Assembly (NCBI RefSeq): GCF_037042905.1
Contig: NC_087245.1
Location: 30,506,001 to 30,570,000 of the forward strand
Reading direction: 5' to 3'
DNA from: Lytechinus pictus
Lineage: Eukaryota
Length of the DNA stretch: 64,000 nucleotides
Shown one piece after another: positions 25,200-61,558 of this stretch. The notes under the pieces were generated by a model, which was given only the letters and a program-made list of their open reading frames with translations, was not told the origin of the DNA and did no database searches. Made by a program: the position numbers and the translations under genes. Numbering within the stretch: the first letter of the stretch is position 1; the number at the start of each line of letters is the position of its first letter.

Positions 25200-25889
25200 T
25201 ACGGAGCCTCTAAAATGCCATCGACTTGACGACATGGCGAGATACTTTATCTTGCCATGTCGACTAAATAAGCTTATTATGTCCGCATGGCGCGATACGT
25301 TATCCTGCCACTTATAAAAAGTTATATGTCAACATGGCGAGATATTTTATCTTGCCAAGTCGACTTAATGTCAACATAGCGATATATCGGGATTCTCGCC
25401 GGGACTTGTACACTTCATATCTCGCCATGTGGACATATCGACTTGACAAGATTGAATATATCGCTATGTCGAAATAATAAGCGTATTAATTAAATGCGGC
25501 GGAAGCGGGGGGGGACCTTTCCCCCTAAATTTGAGGTGGGGGACGGTCCCCCCTAGATTTTTAGTTGAGAACCTTTTTTTTTGCTTGTCAATTTGTTTTC
25601 TACGTCCCCCCCCCTAAATTGAGGTGGACCCCCCCCCTAGAATCTTTTTGTCCCCCCCCCCCTAATTTTGGTTGATAACCTTTTTTTTCTTGTCAAAAAA
25701 TTTTGGTGGTCCTTCTCATAAATTTTAGTTGACTTGCTTGTCAATTTTTTTACCTGTGTCCATCCCAAAATTTCAGGTGGACCCCCCTACATTTTTTTTT
25801 TGCCTTCCGCCGCCAATGATTAATTAAGACATGGCAAGATAAAGTACCACGCCACGTCGTCACGTTGATGGCATTTTCAAGGCTCCGTA
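25200..25889. mobile_element. MITE with TACGGAGCCT termini at the foldback centre
   Basis: TACGGAGCCTctAAAATGCCATC / GATGGCATTTTcAAGGCTCCGTA; internal CATGGCGAGATA repeats; itself interrupted at about 25495-25818. Confidence 0.6.
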
Positions 25890-26996
25890 CTAGGGGTAAT
25901 TATCCGGGGTAATTGTCTGGAGGGTAAATTTCCGGGGGGGGGGGTATCAGTCCCCGGCGGTAAAAATGTGGGGATAATATTTTTCTTGAAGTAGTTGTCA
26001 GGGAGTGATTGCCCTTATTGGGTTATTGTTATAGAACCCAGGCGCGGATCCAGGATTTCGTGGGAAAGGGGGGGGGGCCAAATTTGACCTGATTTTTGGC
26101 GCCCATATGTGTACTTTTCGAAAAATAGCGCCCACTCCCTCCCGGCAAGGCTAACTTAAGTGCCTTAAATGGATTTTGAATTATCTTATAATCACAATAA
26201 AAAAAAATAAAGACCACTTTTTCATGTGTTCTTGAAAAAAAAATCCATAAATATATAATGTAATATCAATGGGAGCGCGAAGCACGAGTGATTTTTTTTG
26301 GGGGTTCAATTTGGTTTAACTTCTAACCAGAGTAGGCCCTACTAGTCAGAATATTGTGTGAACGGGAGCTGTAGTTTCTGTACTGTTGTGTTAGAATACC
26401 CTTCAATAATATTAATGATAACCTCTTGGGAATAATGCAATCTCGAAGCAATCGACTAATTCTCCTCATCATGACGTATTTATTCAGCATGGGTGCACGG
26501 AGGGGGGGGGGGGTGGCGAGGGCACCAAGTTAAAAAAAAATGAAATGGGGGGGTAGACGTCAAAGAAAATCTGATATTTCATTCTTAAAAACAAATTGAG
26601 GTATCTCACAAGGCCTAAATAAATAATGAGAACGCGAAGCGCGATCTTTTTTTTTTATATAGATTTTTCATGTATTATATCCTGAAAGCCTAAGTCAGGG
26701 GCGGACCCAGCTTCCGCCAATAGGGTGAGGGGCCATTTTTTCACCCATATTTTCCCCGATCGGCCGCTCAAAGTTGATTTTTTTTTTGTTTCTTTGAAGG
26801 GGTTGTCCCAGTGCCGTAATGAGCCAACAATTTCGAGGGGGCTCGATATGGTGTATCGCATAAAATTAATAAAAAGTTGCCAGTGAGCGAAGCGAGCAAG
26901 CAAATATCCTGACATTTTTATTACAAAAATACAAGGTTGTGATAGATTTTGACATAATATTTGGAAAATAATATTATATTTCATCCTAATCCCTTT

Positions 26997-29733
26997 TAGT
27001 CCGGCAGCCAAAGGGGGTAAGGTTGCATTGGAATGTCATAGTTTATTTTTTAACTGATTTTGACTGGTGAGACCTTCTATTTGAAGAATCTACATGCTGG
27101 AGCTCTGTCAGCATTGAGCAATTTCATATATATGCGAAAATCCAAAATGGCCGCTGGCAGCCATCTTGGATTTTCTGTTTACTCACTTTAGCATACCATG
27201 AAGTTTAAAAACTTGGAATTTAAAGGTTTTATGGGGCGGAGAATCCAAATCTGAAGTTATCTTTGAGATATAACCATGCTTTGATGTCGAAATATACAAA
27301 TAGCGGCAATTTTCCAAGATGGCCGCCATATAACATGCATTATATTGTTTATTTCCTGTATAGGGTACCTAGAATTTTCAAAACATGGAATATACTGGTT
27401 TTAGGGGATGGAGAGTCGAAATCTGAGGTTTATTTGGGAATATCAACATGTTTTGATGTCAAAATATACAAATAATGGCCATTTATCAAGATTGCCGCCT
27501 TAAAATATGCACTATTTTGTTTACTTATGTACCTAGAATTTTCAAAACATGGAATATAATGGTTTTAGGGGGCAGAGAGTCAAAATCTATTTTGAGGAAC
27601 CGACCATGCTTTGATGTCAAAATATACAAATAGATGAAGAAGGTGGCCACCATAGAACAAGTAGTCAAGTACATGTATTACAGTACCGTAACTATATACA
27701 CGCAGATACCTTATTTATCAGTTATTTTCCTTTTTCTATTTGGACAAGGTGGAAGGATTGGGATAATGAACAATATTGAGACTTCAATTGAATGAGGCAG
27801 TAATTGAAATATCAAGATTAAGTGCAAAAATTAGGATATCTGAGTTGTTCTCGCTTCATCTATGTGTATGATCAGGCATATTAATCATCTGAATCATTTC
27901 CAACTTATATATATTGAATGACTATTTTGATGGTCGTGATGATGTAATATAATATTATTACTCCTTAAGATATCTTAGAGTAACCTAAGTGAATGGGAAG
28001 GGGTGATATGTTTATCCTCTTCTGAAGGAATGGTTTGACCTTGACAAAACAATCATTTAATCCTCCTGAAGTGATTTACCACATTGCCAAATTTGCTGGC
28101 AAATGCTTGATTATTTGCATATCACTGCAGCTATAAGTTAAATATTACATATGTACTGCTTGACAGTTATTGAAAAAAAAACACGTGAAACAACTACTGT
28201 CTTCATTTGAGAATTAAAAAAAAGCAAAATCACGTTTCAATACTCCTCTCCTTTTACTGGACCACTGAAAAATACAATTGTATAGAGCCCATCTATTATC
28301 TCCTTTTACAGGACCGCTGAAAACATCTCTCGTAACTGTGATTTGGGCATTTCACCAAGTCATGAGTCCACTAGCAATGAGCCAATGGTAAGCTCAAGTC
28401 AGTTCATGTATGGTATCATCATGTCAGCAACAATGACTCCTATCGACTGCAGCCCTGAATTATTTCTTAGGACTTTCAAGAGATCCCCTTACCGATAATG
28501 AAAAATGCCCAAACTATATTAGCTAGTTAATTACTTGGTACCATCAGGTGGGTGATATCTTTTAGCTTGTCTACTGAGTATGTCAATGAAGGTTCTCTCT
28601 TTGATTGATTACTCCACCAGTGAAGGTGATGAAAGGTCTTGCCCATACATTTAATCAAATAAACCGGTTTCCTGTGAAATTTAAAACATCACCCTCTTTA
28701 CCCCTGAATAGCCCACCTCAAATGTTAATACATTGGAAATGATGCATAATGCGAACATCTTTATTGCCAATAATTCTTAATCAGTGTTACATTTTTTTTT
28801 CTTTATGCCCATTCTCCAACTTTTTCCAAATAAAAAAAAAGAGATATAAATGATTTAAAGATATCAGCGTGTATGCATGTACTTTTGGCAAATTTGCAAA
28901 TTTCCATATCAAAACACGGTTGTATCACCAAATAAACCTTACATTTTGATTTTACACCCCCTAAAATATATATATTCCATATTTTGAAAATTGTACGTAT
29001 GCTAAAGTAAGTGAGCAATATAATGCATATATAGCAGCCATCTTGCAAAATGGCCACTATTTGTATATTTCGACATCAAAGCATGGTCATACCCAAAAAA
29101 ACCTCATGCAGATTTTTCTATTTAGACTCTTAATCAACTTAAGCCATTACATTCCATGTTTTTAAAATTTTAGGTATCCTATAGGCCTACACTAAATAAC
29201 AATGCATGTTATATGACGGCCATCTAATTGGAAAATGGCCGCTATTTGTATGTTTTGACATCAAAGCATGGTCATATCCCCAAACCAACCTCAGATTTGG
29301 ACTCTCCACCCCCTAAAACCAGTATATTCCATTTTTTTTTTATTCTAGTTACCCTACACAGGAAATAAACAATATGAGGCATGTTATATGGCGGCCATCT
29401 TGGAAAATGGCCGCTATTTGTATATTTCGACATCAAAGCATGGTTATATCCCCAAAATACCATTCAGATTTGGGTTCTCCGCCCCCTAAAACCTCTAAAT
29501 TTCTTGTTTTGAAAATTCTAGGTATGCTAAAGTGAGTGAACAGAAAATCGAAGATGGCCGCCAGCGGCCATTTTGGATTTTCGCGTATATCTCAAATTGC
29601 TCAATGCTGACAGAGCTCCAGCATACAGATTCTTCAAATAGAAGGTCCCACCAGTCAAAATCAGTTAAAAAATAAACTATGACATTCCAATGCTACCTTA
29701 CCCCCCAAATCGCGGGGTTTGGCTGCCGGACTA
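26997..29733. mobile_element. Academ-like non-autonomous element with TIRs of about 600 bp
   Basis: TAGTCCGGCAGCCAAA / TTTGGCTGCCGGACTA termini, TTT flanks (3-bp TSD), long inverted arms with internal CAAGATGGCCGCC repeats. Confidence 0.7.
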
Positions 29734-32409
29734 TTTCCTTTTCTCTCTATTTTTCTTAGTCTTGATTCTCTCTATTTTTTTAACAGTCATTTCCTAGCTT
29801 TACTTTATAATCAACATAAATGTGTAATAATCTCTTAAGCCCTATGTAATCTAAAAATGAAATTTCATGTATTTTGTCCTGAAAATTGAACATTTTGGGC
29901 AATGTTTGTGAACCTGAACAGGACGCGTATGATTACCACGAGCGCGAAGCGCGAGCAGAAATGTTAAATATTCGTTCTGGCCTGGTCGAAAAGGGACCAG
30001 TAAAGGATGTTTTGCAGTTAGCCATTAAGACGATACACATTTCAACGATTAAATAATGCGAGCGCGAAGCACGAGCTGAACATTTTTTATATTCCAACCT
30101 AAAAAGATGAGATTTCAAATCCCCCAATGGGACATTCGATTCATGTTTGTAAATCATGAAAAAATATGGGTAATTTTTGGTATCTCCCTACAATAACAAT
30201 GCGAGCGCAAAGCGCGAGCTGAACATTTTTGATATTCTGATTCGAAACTGGATAATTTTAGCACGTTTTGAATAAGATCAAGCTTTGTATCTCAAAAAAC
30301 ATGCGTGCGCGTGTTTTAGAGTTAGGCAGAATCCTGGCAATCTGAATACATTTCATTCTTCATCATAAAAATCAATAATGCGAGCGCAGAGCCCGAGCTG
30401 AAAATAATATTTGAAATTCAGATATGAAAAGGGTCAATTTAAGCACTGTTTACAGCACTGTGTATATAGGGAAATTTGATAGCACTATATAAATAATGCG
30501 AGCGCGAAGCGCGAGCTGATATTTTATTATTTATTTGACCTAGAGATCGAGAAATTTTAGGCCTAAGGACATTTTGTCATCATATAAGAATGATGACTAT
30601 TTTCTATTTCTTTTCCTAAAACTTGTTGATATTTATTTCTGAAAAAGGGACAATTTAGTTATTATGAATTCATACAAATTTTATTTCATATTTATTAATC
30701 TGTTAAGCCTAATGAATGTGTGAAATTTGTTGACAGTGCATGAGGCCTGAAAACTGGATATTTTAAGTATTTTTGTAATCATGAATAGGATTCATTGGTT
30801 GATATATTTCTAGCAAATAATGCGAGCGCAAATTGCGATCCGGAATTTTTTAATGGGGGGATTTAAGTAGTTTGTTATAGAATTAATATATAGGTATACA
30901 TAACTCACCAATCAAAATGCGAGCGCACAGCGCTAGCTCATAGGCCTTTATTATTTTTTTTTTACAACCGGGACACCTGAAAAGGTATATTTAGAGAATC
31001 TTATATGAAATATAAAAAGACAATAGGTAGGCCTACTTGGCAAATAGTGCGAGCGCACAAAATGTTGCAAATGTTGATTCAAACCATAAAACGAAAATTT
31101 TCCAGAGCACTTAAAAACATAAATTGGTAAATAAAACAAAATAATGAAAGATCGATGTCCGAGCTGAATTTTTTTTGTATATTGATATCAAAACTTGATA
31201 TTTTAAACTACATATCAGCCTATTGAGCAAGATATGTATCTCATTGAACAGGCAATGCGAGCGCGATGCGCGAGCGAAACTTTAATATAGTGACATTAAA
31301 TATTTTTAAAAATTGTTTTCCAAGTCTTCTCCTGACCTTATTTTATTCACTCGTCTTCCTCCTTTTATGTTTTGTCTTCTTTTTTTCTCCTTTCTTTCCC
31401 CCTTTTTCACAATTTATTTGCTCTGTCAATAGGGGTGGGGGGGAGGTTGCCCTCGGGCCGCCTCAATCCGCCTATGTTAGTAGTTGTTATGATGAACACG
31501 ATGCGTATCTATTAAGAAATGAATGCGACCGCGAAGCGCTAGCTGAAAACTTTTATAAAGATGAAATGAAAAATACATTTTCAGTTGTCAGGTAAGAATA
31601 TCAAATATTTTCAGCTTGTGCTTCTCGTTCGCATAAAAAACTGTGAGGTCGGGATGCGTATATAACTAAACAATTTATTGATGCCAGCGCGAAGCGCGAG
31701 CTCAATTTTTTATATACTGACTTAAGAAGGACTAAGGTATAATTCCTATTCTAATTGCTTGTCCTTTTTCTCTTCCTTTTTTCTGTTTCTTAACCCTTTT
31801 TTGCGCCACCATGGGGGGGGGGGGCAAAATCTTTGCCCCCTGGATCGGCCTATGTATGTTGACTTGAAAAACACTAACACTTTCATGTGGGGTTGAAGCA
31901 GAGGATGAATACCTTATTAATCAAATATTGCGAGCGCGTAGCGCGAGCTGAATTTGATAATAACCTTTTTTTGTGACCCTCAACAGTGTATCTATCTCGC
32001 TAAACAGACTTAAAACTCGAAAACATTGTTTTTTTCTGTTATCGTAAAAACGGGATATTTTAATTCAGCCGTATTAATTTAAGTTTTTTGGGCAGGACAT
32101 ATATTTCACTATAAACAGGCAATACGAGCAATGTTGCACTCCCGGTCGAAAATGAATTTGCATGAAGCCCCCTAAGTTCAAGGTCAATTTGGCGCCCTCG
32201 GTTGAACATAAACTTGGCGCCCCCATGTGAAATATAACTTTGTCCTCCCTCCCCCTCTCTGAAACATGTATTTGACGCATTATGGTCAAAATTCAAATTA
32301 GCGCTCCCCAAGTTCGAACATCAATTTGGTGCCCCGCTAGATCGAACAGCAATTCGGCGCCCCATAGTTCGAACGTCATTTTGGCGCCATCAAATCGACG
32401 TCCGGGTCA

Positions 32410-32990
32410 ACATCTCCCTCTTCCGTTTCCCATCTCCTTTTCTTTCTTTTTTCTTTCTCTTATCCTCATTCCCCTTCCTTCCTTTCTCTTTCTTTCTCTC
32501 TTCTTTTCCCCTCTTCTTTTCCCCCTTTTCTTCTCTTCCCCCCATCTTTTCTTTCCCCCTTTACTTCTCCCTTTTTCTTTTTTTTCCTTTCCCTCTTTTT
32601 TCTCTTTTAATCTTTTTTCTTCTCTCCCTCCCCTTCCTCCCTCTCTCTCTCTTTCTTCTCTTCTTTTCCCCTCTTCCTCTCTCTCTATTTTTTCTCATCT
32701 TTCTTCCCATCTTCCTCTCTATTTAAATATTCTTCTCTTCCTTCCTCTTTTTTTTCTTCTTTTTCCTCCTTTTCCTTTCTCCTTTCTTTTCTTCTTTTCC
32801 TTTTCCCTCCTCTTTTTTTACTCTTCTTTCCCCTTTTCTTCTCCATTTTTTTCTTTTTCTTTCCTTTCCCCTTTTTCTTCTCTTTTTTTCTTCTCTTCCT
32901 TTCTCCTTCTTACTCTCTTTTCTATTCGCTTCTTTTCCCATCTTCCTCTTTTTTTATTCTCTCCCTTTTCCCCTCTTCCCCCCTCTTTTT
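32410..32990 (+). repeat. Polypyrimidine low-complexity tract
   Basis: Almost pure C/T; similar tracts at 33360-33600 (purine) and 34030-34260. Confidence 0.9.
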
Positions 32991-34304
32991 TGAGCTGGGG
33001 GTGGGGGGGGGGTGAGGCAGTTCCCCCTTGGCCCCCCATGGATCCGCACCTGATAGAACCCCATGGCCTCGTATCATTTTACCTTTGGACCTCTCGATGA
33101 CATTTGATATATCTGATCATAATTTTACACACACTGCGGACTATCGGACCCGCGGTCTATCGGACCCGCGGACTATCGGACCCGCGGTCTATCGGACCCG
33201 CGGTCTAACGGACCCGCGGTCTATCGGACCCGCGGTCTATCGGACCCGCGGTCTATCGGGATGTCCCCGATCGAATGAATGATCGAAGAGCCGTGATAGT
33301 GTAATTATAACACATAAAAACACACACAAAACAATGTGCCGATCTCCGCGGCAGAAGGAGAAGAGGAAAGAAAAGACAATGTAGAAAGAAAGGAAGGAAG
33401 GATAGGAAGGAAGGAATTAAGGTGAAGGAAGGAAGGAAGAAAGAAATAATTAAAGAAAGGAAGGGAGGAAGGAAGGAAGGAGGATGGAAGAAAGAAAGAA
33501 CTGGAGAGGAAAAAAAGGGGCGAAATGTTACAGCAAGGAAGGCCTATGGGGGAAATAAAGAATTAAAAGGAGATTTGAAAAAAAGAAAGAAGAAAGAATG
33601 TACTTTTCTACGGGATGCTCATTGGCCACTATCCTTCAGAAGCGCATGAGATTTTGAGTACAACTCTCGATTCAGTGTTAAAATTGTCAGGTTTCCCCTT
33701 ATCTTTCAAATTGCATCTAATTGCCTCCTTCTGAGCATAACATTTGTCATGGGAAAATAATTCACACTACATAATTATGTCAGGGTCAGGAAGAAATAAT
33801 GTGAAATATGTAAAATAAAGGGGGAACAACTTGAAAACAAAACTTTGCGGAAGCATGTTTGCCAATTTGAGCTGGATCCCCATAAAAAGTACAACATTAA
33901 GGCTTTTCGCAATAAACTTCCAAAACTCGCTTATTCTATTAACCGATTTTGATGAAAGTTTTATAATAGATTGCTCCTCTCATTTTATTCTTTCTGATAA
34001 GATGGGTTCTATATAGGTGTATTTATTGGTTTCCTTTGCATTTTTTCTCCTCGTCCTCTTCCTCCCTATTCTTATTCTTCTTCTTAATTCTAGCTTCTTC
34101 TTCTTCCATCTTCGATCTCCTCACAGTTCTGATGATCTTCTCCTCCTCCTCTTCCTCTCTCTTCTTCTTTTTCCCTCTTCTCCTATTCTCTTTCTTCTTC
34201 TCCCTCTTCTCCTCCTCTCCTCGATCCTCTTCTGATTTTCTCTCTGATTTTTTTCTTCTTATATATATATATATACAATGATATATGTATATATATATAT
34301 ATAT

Positions 34305-34816
34305 ATATGTGAAGTTATACATGTACTACAGCTTTGGCAACTCTTTTATTTAAATATTGCGTAAGCTACGCCTACCATTGTTCTCTTCATCCATTTCTTT
34401 CACACAATATTTAAATAAAAGAGTTGCCAAAGCTGTAGTACATGTATAACTTCACATATTTATATACATTTCTCCCATACGTGTACTGTATCAAAGCAAT
34501 ATAGCTTTGATCCAGCTGAGGCATGGCGGCTTGTCATTGTTCAAAACCCACCTTCACCCGACAAAGGAAATTATAATTGGTATGGTGTCGAAAATCTGTC
34601 TATCTGACGGTCAATCGGATCGGGGTCGCCCTAGCCACTAACCCGTCTCTGTGGTCTAGTGGTTAAGGCACCGGCGTTCAAAGCTGGGGGCTCGGGTTCG
34701 ATTCCCGGCAGAGACATTTTTTCGGCATCACCAATTTTTCCAAAGGGTAGATAGCTCTGGGGAACCTTGATTTAAGCTACGCCTACCATTGTTCTCTTCA
34801 TCCATTTCTTTCACAC
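34305..34816. mobile_element. Penelope-style non-autonomous partial tandem unit carrying a tRNA, set in (TA)n
   Basis: 44-bp direct repeat (34362-34405 = 34773-34816, period 411 bp), 55-bp inverted end (34305-34359 vs 34405-34459), (TA)n on both sides. Confidence 0.55.
34645..34716 (+). tRNA. tRNA or tRNA-like gene, anticodon TCA (opal-suppressor-like, not Sec fold)
   Basis: Acceptor GTCTCTG/CAGAGAC, D stem GTCT/AGGC, anticodon stem CCGGC/GCTGG with loop GTTCAAA, 4-nt variable loop, T arm TCGGG-TTCGATT-CCCGG; A and B boxes; TTTTTT at 34717-34722. Confidence 0.7.
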
Positions 34817-34847
<31 letters not shown>

Positions 34848-35222
34848 GTCTTTGTGTACCTATGTATATGAAACTAATTTCCTTTGTATACATATATATA
34901 TGTATATTTTTATACATTCATTGACGAATAAAAATCTCAGCAGACCAAAAAAGAAAGAAAAAAAAAACCCAAACAAACAAACAAACCAAGAAACAAAAAA
35001 AAAGAAAAAGAAAGAAAGACAACGCCACAGTAGGTATGACAAAGAAGCACGACCTCGGCCTTTTTCTTGCATGGAGTGAACTTCCGGGTCATAGAGTTTT
35101 CGCAATTCGGGACGTGCAAAAATGAAGCAGGAAGATCACTTGACATGCTGAAATAAACGTTCAACTACGGCCTATTTTGCCATTATTTAAATTCAAATTA
35201 TATAATTTTTGAAAGAGGAAAG

Positions 35223-59445
<24,223 letters not shown>

Positions 59446-61534
59446 TAATAAAAAGTCATGCATGGGATTTAATGCATCGGTCTGTGTTAAAATATCAATT
59501 TATCATCCTGCTAGTCATTCAACCAAAACTACATGTATATGTTTATGAAATAAGCAAAATATGATATGAATTACAACTTGTTACATTCTAAATAAAGATG
59601 GAATAAAGAACATGAAGAGGGCCTGTACTATAAAGCTTAGCTACTTATCATTAACCTTTATGTCATGGGGCCCTGGATATGTTTATGAAAGCCATCGGTT
59701 CAAATTCTCCATGATATCTTGAAGGAATGTGCTAAGCTTTTATTGTATAGCTGACCAAATGACACTTGTTTCAAATTGTAGTTATGATAAAATGCAAATT
59801 GTTCCGGGAAACCAAATTCTTGTGTTAATCAAGCAAGTAAATTGGTTTAAGAGTGATTTTAGTGTTAATGGTAATATGGTTGAGATGAGGGAAGTGATGA
59901 ATTTTCTTTGGAAATGGGACACAATCAGATTTAGCAGGTAATTTGGATGTCAGACAAATAAAATCACAATGCCACTATAGCAGGACGTTGATCTTCAAAG
60001 TTTGTTGCAGAATTTAAGAAAGTTGATCAATATGCATGATATAATATGATATGATATGACACGTTAAATTCAATTTTTGTTGATTTCATTTGACGTCATA
60101 TCACGTTTGCATGTGATTTATGAAAAGATATGTACTTATATAAACAGAATGCAAATCCAAGCATATTGAAGTTTGTATGTGAATCAAATGCTCCCGTGAA
60201 ATTAAAAGAAAAAAGAAAAATCCCTTCCTTGATCAGTTGAAAAAAGCTGTTTCTCCTCTTCTTCATGCTCCTTGCTTCAGCTTTAAGAAAACTTCAACAA
60301 AATAAATGATTTTAAAAATATGGTCTTGAGTTTGAGGATATGGAAGGGGTGGATAAGGAAGAAATTATATTGTAACCCCCAATCTCTGCTCAAAAAGAAG
60401 GCTGCCCCCCCAAAAAAAAAAATAATAATAACAATAATAATAATAATAAAATAAATAAATAAATGAATAAATAAAAATATGTTTGACAATACTTGTTTCA
60501 AATGATTTCATGGATTTGTATTGAACTTGATACAATTAGTGATTTGCATATTGATTAACCCCTTTCCACCAAAAATGCTATATATTATGCATGATTTCGA
60601 CTCTAAACATCCAATCTCACTTCGAATATCACCTCATGTTTAAAAGGTATGTATATATTAGATGTAAAAAAAGAGGAATTCATAAAAAAAATAGACAGAT
60701 TAGTGAATCTCCTGTAGCCAGAACCTGTCCCTAAGTCCTTTGCTTACAAAATAAGCTTGAAAGACAGATTAATGATAAAGTTAATGGATGGAAGGAATGT
60801 AAATATTCCTTAAGATATAATACCCAAACAAGTGAATAAATGCCTTGGCATCCAAAGATTTTTTTTTTAATAGTTATGTTTGTGGATGATTCTTGGTTGC
60901 TTACCTGATTGAAATGCATGTGTGATGAAATGATCTCAAAGATAAATGCAATCTTTCTCACAAGCTGAATTTAGTGAATGCAGAAAAGATTTCCAAGAAG
61001 CAAATTGGTGAAAGTTTTAATCGAATTTGTTCAATTGACATTGACAAACATCAAGAAAGAAGGATGTGAATCGTTGCATAATATTGAATATGATCCATTT
61101 ATAATCCTGAAATATAGTTCGAATTTTGAAGAGAGCTAGCTCAAGCTCGATAAAAGTTGGTTTCTTTTATTGGAAAACCAGATAGGTTTTTTTAGTATTT
61201 TTGAAAAAAAAAAAATTTATCAATTTTTATTTCAAAACAGATTGAAAAGTTGTTTAGTGATGCAATGCATTACAAGTATTACAATTTCAAAATTCTCTTA
61301 CTTCAATGCTGTGTTTAAATTGCTATCCAACTTGATACCAAGTTTCACTATCCTGCTTCATTAATTTTTCTGCACTCTATGTGAGAAAATTTTGCCTGTA
61401 AGGTTGAATTTCCGAAATGAAACTTTCCAAGATCATGATTTTTTTATTCAAAGTCCAAGATTGAATTTTCCCTCCCAAGGCTCCATTCTATGATTTCATT
61501 TTTTTGACTGAATTTTATGTTTTACTCCCTGCAG

Positions 61535-61558
61535 TGTCATATCCAGTGCAAACAGCAA
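61535..61558 (+). CDS. AGO1: Candidate 24-nt Argonaute micro-exon
   Basis: ttttactccctgcag|TGTCATATCCAGTGCAAACAGCAA|gtgagt; frame-preserving phase 2-2, (S)VISSANS. Confidence 0.55.

Larger units (their letters stand above)
26039..33052. mobile_element. 7-kb non-autonomous hAT-like element inserted in the foldback right arm
   Basis: TIR CAGGCGCGGATCCA / TGGATCCGCACCTG; 8-bp TSD ATAGAACC (26031-26038, 33053-33060). Confidence 0.8.
24829..33268. mobile_element. Foldback-type element with 16-bp tandem arrays in its TIRs, expanded by nested insertions
   Basis: (CCGATAGACCGCGGGT)n at 24838-24994, inverted at 33136-33260; non-repetitive inner arm; flanking direct repeat GATCGAAT (24821-24828, 33269-33276). 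Confidence 0.8.

Noticed and set aside
32282..33100. 272-aa F/L/S/P-rich ORF and the K/E/R-rich antisense ORFs
   Set aside because: Translation of a polypyrimidine low-complexity tract; the same applies to ORFs at 33422-34322.
34645..34716. Genuine tRNA-Sec gene
   Set aside because: Lacks the long variable arm, extended D stem and 9/4 acceptor-T fold of eukaryotic tRNA-Sec.
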